DNA of 64,000 nucleotides from Schmidtea nova (GCA_044892505.1 CM097883.1:394630001-394694000); one strand, 5' to 3'; numbered from the stretch's first letter, positions 25,159-36,380 are shown. The notes: generated from the letters alone by a model not told the origin. Numbers and translations: made by a program.

Positions 25159-25623
25159 ACACTTCACATTTTTTTTTTATTGTGATTTTAGTAACAAATG
25201 TTATCATTTTATTATGAAATTATAAGTTTGTAATTGTTTTTTTTTGTATTTGATTGCATGGAGATAAAAGTAAATATAAAGATATTTGAATTAGTATTAA
25301 ACAAACCACCGTCGGCGAAAATGCTCAAATAAAAATCTCGTAATAAACATATACAGTGATAGAACAGATAAATTAAGGGGGACAAAAATGGGCAAGAAAC
25401 CTTCTATCGGTAGCCCTTGGACCCAGGAGATATTCGGTCAATCATAGTTTCGTATTGACGACGCTCACTGATTGCGAATACCCACCCACTTGTTACAGTA
25501 CCAACGTTACATAGTGACGGGTAACAAGGTGGTAATTTCAATGTTTTATGTGTTGAGTTGTTGATGAGAGCCATAGAAACGTCAAGGTCATATTGACGGT
25601 CAACAACCCACCATATAAAAATT

Positions 25624-25642
25624 TGGGGGCTCAGCCGGGATT
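25624..25642 (+). promoter_or_regulatory. Primer-binding site, tRNA-Pro-like
   Basis: TGGGGGCTCAGCCGGGATT matches the complement of the tRNA-Pro 3' end (TGGGGGCTCGTCCGGGATT) with 2 mismatches; lies 10 nt after the LTR end. Confidence 0.8.
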
Positions 25643-25928
25643 CTCGATTTAGCTAGTTTGTTTTGTGTGAAGCGAAAATCAATGGAAATGACTTTACGTG
25701 GGAATTTATTAATGTTTTTGTGTTGGAAAGATAAAATATTTTAAAGAAAAACGAGATTTGGTAAAAGTTTTGTAAAAATCGATAATCATTTGAGTACTTT
25801 CGACGAAAATGGGAAAAATTTATGCTTGACTATTAATATTATTTATATTGCTATTATTATTTTTACGACAATAGTTATTTTATACCATTATAAGTATTAT
25901 TATTAGGATTATAATTATAAACAGTACG

Positions 25929-25947
25929 ATTATTATTATTATTATTA

Positions 25948-26020
<73 letters not shown>

Positions 26021-26037
26021 TACCATTATTATTATTA
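25929..26037. repeat. (ATT)n microsatellite abutting an assembly gap
   Basis: ATT run directly before the N stretch. Confidence 0.95.
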
Positions 26038-26042
26038 GGATT

Positions 26043-26234
26043 NNNNNNNNNNNNNNNNNNNNNNNNNNNNNNNNNNNNNNNNNNNNNNNNNNNNNNNNNN
26101 NNNNNNNNNNNNNNNNNNNNNNNNNNNNNNNNNNNNNNNNNNNNNNNNNNNNNNNNNNNNNNNNNNNNNNNNNNNNNNNNNNNNNNNNNNNNNNNNNNNN
26201 NNNNNNNNNNNNNNNNNNNNNNNNNNNNNNNNNN
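26043..26234. other. Assembly gap (192 N) inside the giant element
   Basis: N run; true size unknown. Confidence 1.
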
Positions 26235-26899
26235 AGTAGAGAATATCGTTTTAAGTACCATTTTGAATTAAGATTTGGAAAAATTTGGAAAATAAAAAGT
26301 TCCGAATCAAAATTACCGCGAAAGCGAATAAAAGTTAAGCCGAAAAAACGATCTTTAAGCCCCACGAACAGCCAACGATTGAAATTGAGAACGATTAATA
26401 ACAACAGAGCGTAGAATAAGTGTCTTTAATATAAATAAACGTCAAACATAGCATAGGATAAAAAGTTGAGCCGGAATGATCCAAAAGTCTAAGAAAATCA
26501 CGGGTAAAATAGTCAAAATACAAAATCGCGACAAATGAATCCCACGAACAACCAATAATCGTAAAATTGTTCAAATAACGTCCATAGAGCGTAGAAAGTG
26601 AGTACGCAGCACCGGCAAGTGGAAAATACCTCGAAAGATAGAATTTGACACCGAAATCCGCAAAAAGTGTAGAAAATCGCCGCTAAGAAATTCAAAAGAT
26701 TGAAGAAATTACGGAATTTTGACCCAAGAAAGCAGTAACACCGAGTATTAATGATAGTATAGATATCAGGATTATTATTATTATCATTTTAACAATAGAA
26801 AGAGTAATTTGGTCAAATAATAAAACCGATTTATTATATTTTTATTATAATTATTACGTAATAATATATAAGAAAAATATTGGGTAAATTGCCGCATAA

Positions 26900-27095
26900 C
26901 GCGCATTATTATTATTATCATTATAATTGCTATTATTACTATTATTATTATCATTTTAGTTATTATTACTAGTAGTACTATAAGCATCTTAGTATAATTA
27001 TTATTATTACTATTATTATCATTATTATCATTAATATTATCATTATTACTGTTATTATCATGAGTGTTACTGTAGATGTCATTATTATTACTAAC
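26900..27095. repeat. Imperfect (ATT/ATC/ACT)n low-complexity tract
   Basis: Degenerate trinucleotide run. Confidence 0.8.
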
Positions 27096-27849
27096 GATAT
27101 CAATGTTATGCTATTTGATTAAGAATGACCGAGGTATGACCCCTGTAATTTTATTTTGTTGGCAAGGAAGGACATGGAAAGTATCGGGTCTAGAAGAAAT
27201 AACGGCGAAAATGGAGCGATGCGTGAATTGTTTGTTTTAATTAATATAATAATAAAAGTGGAGAATGAATGATATAATCTAATGAGTTTGAAGTTTGAAT
27301 GTTGAAAAAGATAGATTGTTGAAGTCAAAATGATGCATGGTGATATTGGAATGTTGATCGCGACTCAATTCGGGAATCGAAAACGGGAATAACTCTAAAA
27401 TCTTATGAAATCATAAAATAAAATCTAGCAACGACTTAAAAACAAATATAATCAAACAGGAAAAAGTGAGACTTAACGTAAATACGAAAATTGTGAGATG
27501 CCCAAAAATTGGGAACCTAGTAAAAGGAAATGTTATATGATCATACGATACGGGATAGAGTTCACGCAAATCACCTAGAAAACAAATATTCGAGTATACA
27601 AAAATTGCTTTCAGTAAACGAAAAATTACCAAAAATTGCGAGTGCTGTAAATAAAAATATAATTATCCTAAAATTGATAAAAAGAGTAAAAATCATGAAA
27701 ATTGTGTAAATAAATGTTTAATTATTTTTTATGTAGAAAATATTAGTATATTTAAAAAATATAAAAAATCATAAAAATCATGTACTTAATGGCTGATTAT
27801 TTTATTCAAAAAATATCGAATATGGACGAATGGAGAAAATTATAAAATA

Positions 27850-27990
27850 TAAAAAGGTAAAAATATAAAAATATAAAAATATAAAAATACAAAAATATAT
27901 GTATAAAAATGGCTGAATATTCTGTTAGTTAAAAATATAAAAATATAAAAATATAAAAATATAAAAATATAAAAATATATGTATAAAAAT
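27850..27990. repeat. AAAATATA 8-mer repeats with duplicated GTATAAAAATGGCTGA block
   Basis: Seen directly in the sequence. Confidence 0.8.
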
Positions 27991-28158
27991 GGCTGATTAT
28001 TCTGTTAATAGTAGTTTTGAAAAAATACAAAAATATATAAAAAATTATAAAAATTCGTGTACATAGCTGTTGAAGTTTTTATTATTTATTTTTCGTTCAA
28101 ATTATAATGAATGGTTAATTTAAAAAGTTATAAACACCAGTCATCATGAATATTTTAG

Positions 28159-28641
28159 ATGGAATCGATTGAGCATATTCTACTACGAATCGAGTTGTTT
28201 TTCGATTTTAAAAATGACCCATTGCAGGTGTTGAGCGAGAAACTCGAACGAGTAAATGGAATAAAAGATGAATTATTGTTGAATCCTAGACCACAACCTG
28301 AGAACCTAATAGTGATTGCAGGAATTGTGGGAACAACAAACGATATTTCGTTGGAAACGATTTATGAATTACAACGATTGCGACTGAATAATCCGAATTT
28401 TAATCTGAATATACAAGAATGGATTGGTAAGATCGATAAAATTATGGACAAGCTAGAGAGATCGATAAATCAACAGATCGATTCATTCGAAAGATTTTAT
28501 ATTTGTCGACAAAAAGAAGCGAACATTTTGTTCATGCCATGTGGGCATTTGTGTTATTGCCAGCCGTGCTCTAGAGAAATAAAGCGATGCGTAATCTGCA
28601 AACAGACAATTGATGACAAAATCGTCGTATTCTGTTCGTAA
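28159..28641 (+). CDS. 160-aa protein with C-terminal IAP-type RING (first Cys replaced by Phe)
   Basis: FYICRQKEANILFMPCGHLCYCQPCSREIKRCVICKQTI; TTTTAG directly before the ATG. Confidence 0.85.
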   Translation: MESIEHILLRIELFFDFKNDPLQVLSEKLERVNGIKDELLLNPRPQPENLIVIAGIVGTTNDISLETIYELQRLRLNNPNFNLNIQEWIGKIDKIMDKLERSINQQIDSFERFYICRQKEANILFMPCGHLCYCQPCSREIKRCVICKQTIDDKIVVFCS

Positions 28642-29268
28642 AGAATGTCGTTCAAAATAAACGTTTTAGTCATGTTGAACTTCGTCGATCATCCAGTAAT
28701 ACAAACCGTTATAAAAATTAAATAAACAAAAAACACTAGGTAATTAATGATTGAGAGTCGTGTAAAAACATAACAAGTAACGGCTAATGCCGAAAAATCA
28801 AACATTAGGAAAATGGGAATTTGTGACAAAGTTATTTTCTTTTCTTTTTGAATTTTCTTTATTATTATTATTATAAATCCTCCTCATCATTATTATATTG
28901 AACCGAATTTCATTACTATAATCTCCCTTATTACCATTATTATATTGATTATCATTATTATACTGATCATTATATATATAAATATGTATGTATTAGGACG
29001 AGCAATAAGTAGCGTTATAGGAGTTGATTTTATAAGGAAATCTTCCGAAATACAGTGAGAAATGAGTGTCTGAGTAGAAACGAGAAAATAATCCACAAAT
29101 TCATAACTGAGCTATCAAAAGATAGTACGCCAAGTTTTAACAGAGCTATCAAAAGATAGTACGTCAATATTTCTGTTGTTGAAAAATTAGCAAACAACAA
29201 ACGGGGAAAAACCTGATCACCTTAAGGAGAAAGTGTAGAATAGGATCCATCGCAAATGTGGATAAATT

Positions 29269-31047
29269 TTGTTTGTGACTGATCATCACAACTTGCAGAA
29301 CGAGTCGACGCGATTATTTTACGATTTTAACTTAGGAGAAAGGGTCAAACCCGTAATGTTCGTCTTATACACCAGTTTACCAAGGCATGATTGGTACACT
29401 GAGGTAGGAGACAGTAATATTAATAAAGAGAAAGATGCTGCAGATTTTAGAAAGTCGAAAGAGTAGAAAGTGAACTTCGACGATTTTACCATGGTAATTA
29501 AGAAATGAATTCGTAATTGAGAAGTAGTAGAACAATTTGAGAAAAACCAGTCAGCAACAGCGAATTTATTTAAAAATTTGAGAATAGGGAAACGAGTGAT
29601 TGAATAGCATAAAGAGAACAATTGAAGACGGCCGAGATAATTGAGAGACTTTGAGAGTCCATTGAGAGACTTTGAGAGTCCATTGAGAGACTTTGATAGT
29701 CCATTGAGAGACTTTGATAGTCCATTGAGAGACTTTGATAGTCCATTGAGAGACTTTGATAGTCCATTGAGAGACTTTGAGAGTCCATTGAGAGACTTTG
29801 ATAGTCCATTGAGAGACTTTGAGAGTCCATTGAGAGACTTTGATAGTCCATTGAGAGACTTTGATAGTCCATTGAGAGACTTTGATAGTCCATTAAGAGA
29901 CTTTGAGAGTCCAGATAATTGAGCGCTCGGGGAGAGACTTTGAGAGTCCAGATAATTGAGAAACTTTGAGAGTTCATGTATGTGAGAGACTTTGAGAGTC
30001 CAATGTTTGCGAATATTGTTGAGAAATTTAGGAAAAATGTTTGAGAAATAGAATTAAATAAAACTGCAGTTATAATTTTGTCATGACAGAGAAAAACGTT
30101 GAACGCGAATACTCAAGGTGTATAAGAGCAGATAAAAGACATCGAGAAATACTTAGGAAATAAAATAATGGCCATGAATAGATAACGAACAAGACATTTT
30201 TTTTTACCTCGAATGCCGAGATGAATATGAAAACGAGTCGACAGGATCCTACTGTTATTATAGTATTAGTATAGTTATTATTATTGTTATTGTTATTATT
30301 ATTATTAGGGTATAGATAATTGATACGACCATATAGATAATTATTACGAGATATAGATAATTTAAAATCTGAGCTCAAAGTAAAAGGGGGGTAAATGGCG
30401 TCGATGAAGAAGCGATTTTTTTATTTAGATTGTCCAACAGATCAAAGCCAAGTCAAGAGACAGTCAAATCAATCAGTTATTGAAGAGGTATATATAGAAG
30501 AAAAGAAGAAAAAGAAGTCTAATTGAAAAGGAAAGAAGTAAAAGAAAATAAATCAAAGAAGATCCAATTGAAGATAAACGAGAGATCAGCAATCGATATT
30601 AAACGCAAATTGATAATACTACCAAACCAACCAAGTTCGTAAAGTCGAAAGATAAAGAGTCAAATCTATTAAAACGACGAAAGGAAATTACAAAGAAACA
30701 AAGCTGATAAATAAGGAAGTAAAATCCACAATATTTGAATGTTTGTAGCCGATTTTCAGAAAGAAATGGAAGAGAATCAGAAAGTGACCAGTGTAAACTC
30801 GGAAGATAATTTATTAAAAGAAGAGCAGAAAATAACCAGTCCAAAAGTAGAAGATAATTTGCAGGAAGAAGAAAAAGAAGTAGTAACAATGAATATGCAA
30901 CTGCAACAGAATATCGAAGGAAAGGTAAATGAAATGATAACCGAACTATCAGACGTTGAAATTGAAAGAAAGGGAAATGTATATGAATTTTCAGTAAAAG
31001 ATATGGAGGGAGAAGAAAAGAAGAAGTTTGTGGAGAAATATAACTGA
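29269..31047 (+). pseudogene. Decayed coding-like region at the gag position (fragmented by stops and repeats)
   Basis: Purine-rich plus-strand fragments (29269-29466, 30739-31047) broken by in-frame stops, upstream of the protease ORF; no diagnostic gag motif recognised. Confidence 0.35.
29641..30001 (+). repeat. 21-bp minisatellite (13 near-perfect plus about 3 degenerate copies), open as (RDF[D/E]SPL)n
   Basis: Unit GAGAGACTTTGA(T/G)AGTCCATT; no spacers. Confidence 0.96.
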
Positions 31048-31086
31048 AAAAGAAGAGAAAGAAGAAGCGATGATGACACATGTAGC

Positions 31087-33876
31087 ATGGACGAGAAATG
31101 GGATGAATCTACGACAATCAAATTAGAAGAAGTGGCACAAAGATTGTTAACAATTACCATGGAAGAAATGACGAAAATGGATCAAAAATCAGAAGAAAAG
31201 AGGAAATCAGCAAAGCTTGAAAGATCAAGACAAACAGAGATGTCAAAGACCGAACGATTAATCAGTAACCTAAGCAAGAGTGCAGGAAATCAATGTGAAA
31301 CAACAACTGAATTACTAAAATGGGTTATAAAAAATAGTGCAAATATATCAAATATGAGATTGATAGTGAAAGAAATTGAGAAATGCAGACATTTATGCCC
31401 TTGGTATTCAACACAAATTGATGACATCATGAGAAAATGGAAACAACTGGAACAAACAAATGATGATCCACAGATGTGCAGATTGAAAATTCAGTTTCCG
31501 AGTCTAGAAGAAATAAAGATGAATGTATCATTAACAACAAAGATCAAAGAGATAAAAGAGAGATTACCATTCAATTTACCATTTCACTTGAAATATGATG
31601 GAGAATCGCTGGATGATGATATAGAAATCGGTGTAACCCCGATACAAATCGAAACAAGTAATAAATTAACTGTTGATAAAATTGCAGGAAGCGAGTTAAC
31701 CAGAAAAGCGAGAGGTGAAGATAATCCCGAAACAACGATAATTGCAATGATGAAAACTCCAGCTGGACCAACACTTACAATTAACATCAAAGTTAATGAC
31801 GTAAAAGTAGACGCGATGATAGATACTGGCGCAAATATATCAGCAATAGATATCGATATGATACCAGAAATGTTACGGTTATGCATCGAGAAAACATCAG
31901 TAGACGTAATAACATGCAGCAAAGAATCTGTCAATATCGTTGGAAAGATATGGACAGACATCGAATACAGAAATGTAAAAATATCAACTTATTTGACAGT
32001 AATAAAACAACTGGGTGCCTCATGCATTATTGGAACAGACTTAATACCAAAACTGTTAAAAGGATCTGTAATTGATTTGAATACGATGAAGTTGAAACAC
32101 CAAATTGAAGAGAATTGCACAAGAGAAACAATGATAGAACAATCAAATCCAGAAACAACCAGAAAAGGACAAGTATATATGTTCCGAGAGAATAAAAATG
32201 ACGATTGGCTACATCGTATATTAACTGCGAGCAGAAAAGTAAATCAGCCAACAACAATATCTGAACAACCTAAGGTAGTTGACGATGTAAAAATGGAGCA
32301 CCGCAAAAAGATGGAATTGATCATAGAGATTACCAAAGAAATTATGCCAGAATGGTCAAAAAGTAAAAATCTATTCGAAATATTGGGAGGAGTAAGCTTA
32401 ATGGTTGAGGAATATGCCAAAGGAAATGAAACAACAGAAGCGATGAATACCATAAAAGAAAGATTACCAATATTATTTACAATTGCCAGTTTTAAAGATG
32501 AAATACCATTGTATCACGCAATAAAAAGTGGGAATGAACAGAGAATGTTTGAAATCATAAAACTCATGGAAAAGTGTAAACAACATACCAACACGAAAAA
32601 CTGGAAAGATCAAACACCCTTGATGATAGCAATTGAAAAAGGAGGATCCAAGAAACTCATAGCAGAACTGATGAGAACCGGATCAAGTTTTAAAGAAAGA
32701 GATGATAAAAATGAAACGGTGTTATCATATGCAGTGCAAGCAAATAACCATCAAATAATCAAATATATTATGTCAAATGCTACAGAAGAAGATATTGAAG
32801 TGCTCAGTTCAGATCCAAATCCATTAGTAAATGCAGTGAACAAAGATGCCGACGAAACAACAGCAAAAATGATTAAATGGTTACATCCAGTTACGCACGA
32901 AGGAGTGATAAATGTCAATGACAGATTTGAAGACGGTGAAAATATGATAATGAAAAGAGCCATGAAAAGAAAATGGAAAATGTGTAAAACGATTAAAGCA
33001 TTGCTGCAAAGACCTGATTTCAGATTTACAAACAACAAAAAAGAAAAAGAAAGAATTGGATCTAAAAGATATGATATATGTCAGCAAGTCATCATATGGA
33101 AAGAACATATAAAAGAAAGCAGAATTCACCGAAGCTGGAACAATGCCAAAGATGAGATAACCAAGAGAGCAAATATAAAAGCCGAAGCAGATGAAATAGC
33201 TAAAAGATATGAGGAAATAATAAAATTAATAAATGTCGAGGACGACATTTTAATCAGAACCGAGGGTGGTGCTGATGATCACAATGAGCCTGACGATGAA
33301 GATGAAGAGAATGATAACAACAAAACAAAGAAAGATGACAATGAAAGTACCAACAGAAACAATGACAAAGACGAGAAAGATGATGGAAAAAGCAATAACG
33401 ATGAAATTGGGAACAAAAGTGATGAACCCAAGCAAGAAACTTCAAATTATGAAAAACGAACAGCATGTCTACATAAAACTCGAATAAAAGACATAATATT
33501 GCTGATACTGATGCTGTCAACATTGAAAGGAACGGAAGCCGATGATAAAAGAAAACCAGTACAAGTATTAACATCAGGAGCAGATAATGAAGAAGCATGT
33601 TGGAGTAGCATCAATTTGCAAAGTAAAGGAGATAATCCAGTCAAAAGTCAACGAGCAGAAGGAGGAGAAATCCGAATAAATGGATTGAAGCGGGATGCAA
33701 AATACAAAATCTGGGTTTACAAAAGGAAAGCATCACAAGAAATGTTTAGAACACTCGTATGTCAGATAGTAACACATAATGGTTCAAAAGTCACCCAAGA
33801 AGACATAAAAGTCATATTAACCGACGAGCCAGATGAGAACATCAGGATGTCGTCGAAACGCAAGTTGTCAGAGTAA
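31087..33876 (+). CDS. 929-aa polyprotein: ubiquitin-like domain, retroviral aspartic protease, about 4 ankyrin repeats, acidic linker, internal signal-peptide-like segment, FN3-like tail
   Basis: UBL-like aa 130-202 (IKMNVSLTTKIKEIKERL...LKYDGESLDDD...KIAGS). Protease DAMIDTGANISAI (DTG at 31822) and CIIGTDL. ANK motifs LYHAIKSG, TPLMIAIEKG, TVLSYAVQAN, NPLVNAVNK. DIILLILMLSTLKGTEA, then IRINGLKRDAKYKIWVY. Confidence 0.85.
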   Translation: MDEKWDESTTIKLEEVAQRLLTITMEEMTKMDQKSEEKRKSAKLERSRQTEMSKTERLISNLSKSAGNQCETTTELLKWVIKNSANISNMRLIVKEIEKCRHLCPWYSTQIDDIMRKWKQLEQTNDDPQMCRLKIQFPSLEEIKMNVSLTTKIKEIKERLPFNLPFHLKYDGESLDDDIEIGVTPIQIETSNKLTVDKIAGSELTRKARGEDNPETTIIAMMKTPAGPTLTINIKVNDVKVDAMIDTGANISAIDIDMIPEMLRLCIEKTSVDVITCSKESVNIVGKIWTDIEYRNVKISTYLTVIKQLGASCIIGTDLIPKLLKGSVIDLNTMKLKHQIEENCTRETMIEQSNPETTRKGQVYMFRENKNDDWLHRILTASRKVNQPTTISEQPKVVDDVKMEHRKKMELIIEITKEIMPEWSKSKNLFEILGGVSLMVEEYAKGNETTEAMNTIKERLPILFTIASFKDEIPLYHAIKSGNEQRMFEIIKLMEKCKQHTNTKNWKDQTPLMIAIEKGGSKKLIAELMRTGSSFKERDDKNETVLSYAVQANNHQIIKYIMSNATEEDIEVLSSDPNPLVNAVNKDADETTAKMIKWLHPVTHEGVINVNDRFEDGENMIMKRAMKRKWKMCKTIKALLQRPDFRFTNNKKEKERIGSKRYDICQQVIIWKEHIKESRIHRSWNNAKDEITKRANIKAEADEIAKRYEEIIKLINVEDDILIRTEGGADDHNEPDDEDEENDNNKTKKDDNESTNRNNDKDEKDDGKSNNDEIGNKSDEPKQETSNYEKRTACLHKTRIKDIILLILMLSTLKGTEADDKRKPVQVLTSGADNEEACWSSINLQSKGDNPVKSQRAEGGEIRINGLKRDAKYKIWVYKRKASQEMFRTLVCQIVTHNGSKVTQEDIKVILTDEPDENIRMSSKRKLSE

Positions 33877-34026
33877 CCAGTGGAAGGAACAGTGTATATA
33901 GTGTATAAAATTATATTGTATTATAAAAGTAGAATATATTTGTATAATAAAAATTTAAAAATCCAAAAAATGAATACCTCAAAACTGGGAAAAACAAATG
34001 ATAATATTGTGTAATTATTGACAGAA

Positions 34027-34662
34027 ATGAATCCGAACAACGAGAATCAAAGTTATCAAACATCAGTTCCAACGTTCAATGAACCATCAAATCAAACTCA
34101 GTTTCCAGAAGATACCAATATACGAGAAAGAGAAGGGTCACTGCAAACCCCAGTAATCGAAAATGAAACGCAAAATCCAACAATTGACGAAAGAAACCTG
34201 ATATACCAAGTTGAAATTCCACTATTTGATGAAACCATGAACCCAATTCAAACGACATTCGTATTAAATCAACAACCAACAAATAGCCAGACTCAATCAA
34301 TATCAGCTCCGATGGTTTATCAGCAGACAATGACGCAAGAGTTATCATGGAAAACGCAATGTGAATTATTAAGCAGGATGTTGAATCAAGCCTATGCACA
34401 ATGGAAAAACGAACAAGCTTTGTTAACAGAAAGCGTAAACAGAAATTTATTATATCTTGCTAAAATGGAAGAACAACAACAAATGATAATCCAAAAGGAC
34501 CAGAGAATTGAATGGTTAACAAGACATACGGAGTGGCAAACAAACGAAATCAGAAGATTGAATGAGACGCGAGAAGAAGTTAGAGCATGGTATAACTGGT
34601 TAGACAATTTTCCAGAACCGGTTCGAGAACCTGACTCGACGGGAAGGGATGAACTATTATAA
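34027..34662 (+). CDS. 211-aa hypothetical protein (Q/N/T/P-rich N-terminus, coiled-coil C-terminus)
   Basis: Intact ORF; TTGACAG|AA precedes the ATG at 34027. Confidence 0.7.
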   Translation: MNPNNENQSYQTSVPTFNEPSNQTQFPEDTNIREREGSLQTPVIENETQNPTIDERNLIYQVEIPLFDETMNPIQTTFVLNQQPTNSQTQSISAPMVYQQTMTQELSWKTQCELLSRMLNQAYAQWKNEQALLTESVNRNLLYLAKMEEQQQMIIQKDQRIEWLTRHTEWQTNEIRRLNETREEVRAWYNWLDNFPEPVREPDSTGRDELL

Positions 34663-34702
34663 AAATTTAAAACCAGTGTAAATAAAATGTAAAAATGTGA
34701 AT

Positions 34703-36160
34703 ATGAATAAAACTTGGTATAAAGAGCAAAACGAAAAAATTGTAAATTATTTTAGAATGCAGACCGAGAATCAGCAGAAACAAGAGGAATTGATCGAACT
34801 ATATCAGATACTACAGAGACAACGGATAGAACCAACAGAATTTCAAGAAAGATTTAAATGTAAAGTATGTAGAAATTTATTGATAGAACCCAGACAAACT
34901 GAATGTGGATGTCGAATATGCACTAATTGCGTGATGAAAATAATACGAACCAAACAGAAGCTATGTCCTGAATGTGGTGAAGCAATAATAGATCAATTTG
35001 ACCAAACCAGACCAGATATCGCAATGAATCGGGAAATAATGAACGCAGCAACAACCTGTCCAAATAAACCATGTGTATGGAGTGGGCCAATAAAATGGAT
35101 CGCCAAACACCTTTATAATTGTGATGATACGAAAGCCAAATGCAAGTGGTGTAAGGAAGAAATGTTGAAGAAAGTCAAAGACAGTCATGAGGAAATGTGT
35201 GAACAACGACAGGAAATATGTGAGTTTTGCAATGAAACAGACGCTTGGATAGTGTTAAAAGATGAGCATTGGAATATAGAAGAAGGGCAAGTATGTGACG
35301 AGTATGAAGGTAATTGTAATCAATGTGGAATGGCAGAAAACGTGAAGCTAAAAGAACATTGGGAAATATGCGAAAAGAAGCCTACTGCATGTCCACTAAA
35401 ATTATTCAACTGCAAAGTGAGATTACCAAAAGAGGAAATACAAAAGCATGTAGATGAAAATAGTGTAAATCATTTGAGAACCGTTGTGGAAGCTATTGGA
35501 GCAACCGCACTGGTAATTGGAGAAGCCAACACAGAAATAAAATCACACAAAATCATGATACAAGAGATGTTGGATACGAGAGGAAACTTTGAAAGAATAA
35601 GAGAACAAATGATCCAAAAAATGATACTATTAGACCAGAAAATAACAGAAATATCAACAATCCAACAAAGATTGGAAAGCATATTGCCAACAATGGAAGA
35701 ACTACCCGTCACACCCTACTATTGGAAAATCACAGAATTTACAGAGAAATTGAGACTAGCAAGAGAAGGAGGTCAACGTGTATGGACAAGTCCACCTTGT
35801 CACAGTTGGAAACATGGTTACAAGCTTAGATTCAAAGTATATCTAACGGGAGACGGACTAGGAGCCGGAACTCATTTATCTGTATATTTTCAAATATGTA
35901 AAGGAGATTATGACGATTGGTTGGAATGGCCCTACGATTGTGATATAACTATGATGATCGGAACAAAGGAAAACAACGTTCGGGAAGTATTCAGACCAAA
36001 CTTGAAGAAGGTAGAAGCAGCTTATAGGAAGCCGATCGAAAACTACAACGTAGCTGTAGGAAATCCACGTTTTATTGCATTACATTATTTAACCACAGAA
36101 CAATCATTATATTTGGTAAATAATATCCTGTATCTGATTATCGAAGTGAGGAAGCCGTAG
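34703..36160 (+). CDS. TRAF: Full-length intronless TRAF-family protein (RING, TRAF Zn fingers, coiled coil, MATH), TRAF2/3/5-like
   Basis: RING CKVC...ECGCRICTNC...CPEC; repeated Cx-Hx3C fingers; MATH YYWKITEF...GYKLRFKVYLTGDGLGAGTHLSVYFQICKGDYDDWLEWPY; 485 aa from the ATG at 34703. Confidence 0.95.
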   Translation: MNKTWYKEQNEKIVNYFRMQTENQQKQEELIELYQILQRQRIEPTEFQERFKCKVCRNLLIEPRQTECGCRICTNCVMKIIRTKQKLCPECGEAIIDQFDQTRPDIAMNREIMNAATTCPNKPCVWSGPIKWIAKHLYNCDDTKAKCKWCKEEMLKKVKDSHEEMCEQRQEICEFCNETDAWIVLKDEHWNIEEGQVCDEYEGNCNQCGMAENVKLKEHWEICEKKPTACPLKLFNCKVRLPKEEIQKHVDENSVNHLRTVVEAIGATALVIGEANTEIKSHKIMIQEMLDTRGNFERIREQMIQKMILLDQKITEISTIQQRLESILPTMEELPVTPYYWKITEFTEKLRLAREGGQRVWTSPPCHSWKHGYKLRFKVYLTGDGLGAGTHLSVYFQICKGDYDDWLEWPYDCDITMMIGTKENNVREVFRPNLKKVEAAYRKPIENYNVAVGNPRFIALHYLTTEQSLYLVNNILYLIIEVRKP

Positions 36161-36380
36161 CGAAGATGGAAAAAGTGTAAATATGTCTGTATTATAATGA
36201 AGTATCTGTATCATAATGTACAAAATAAAATTAAAAAATCACAAAAAACATAAAAATTAAAAAGAAATATAAAAATGAGAAAAACCAAAAAATCAAATAT
36301 AAAAATGAGAAAAATCAAAATTTTGTAAATATAGAAAACAAAAATTGTGAAAATATAACGGAGAAAATATTGTAGATACA

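Larger units (their letters stand above)
19917..25613 (+). repeat. 5' LTR of giant element (5,697 bp)
   Basis: No differences seen against 42333-48029 where compared; all ORF-track entries recur at +22,416. Confidence 0.96.

Noticed and set aside
25875-26987. Poly-Asn / poly-Ile ORFs in the ORF track
   Set aside because: They are translations of (ATT)n microsatellites and the N gap.
29641-30001. 21-bp repeat array as a CRISPR
   Set aside because: Units are directly adjacent with no unique spacers, no cas genes are present, and the context is eukaryotic.
30381-30392. AAAAGGGGGG as the element's polypurine tract
   Set aside because: It is 12 kb from the 3' LTR and no LTR-like repeat follows it. 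It could be an internal PPT or a relic, but this is unsupported.
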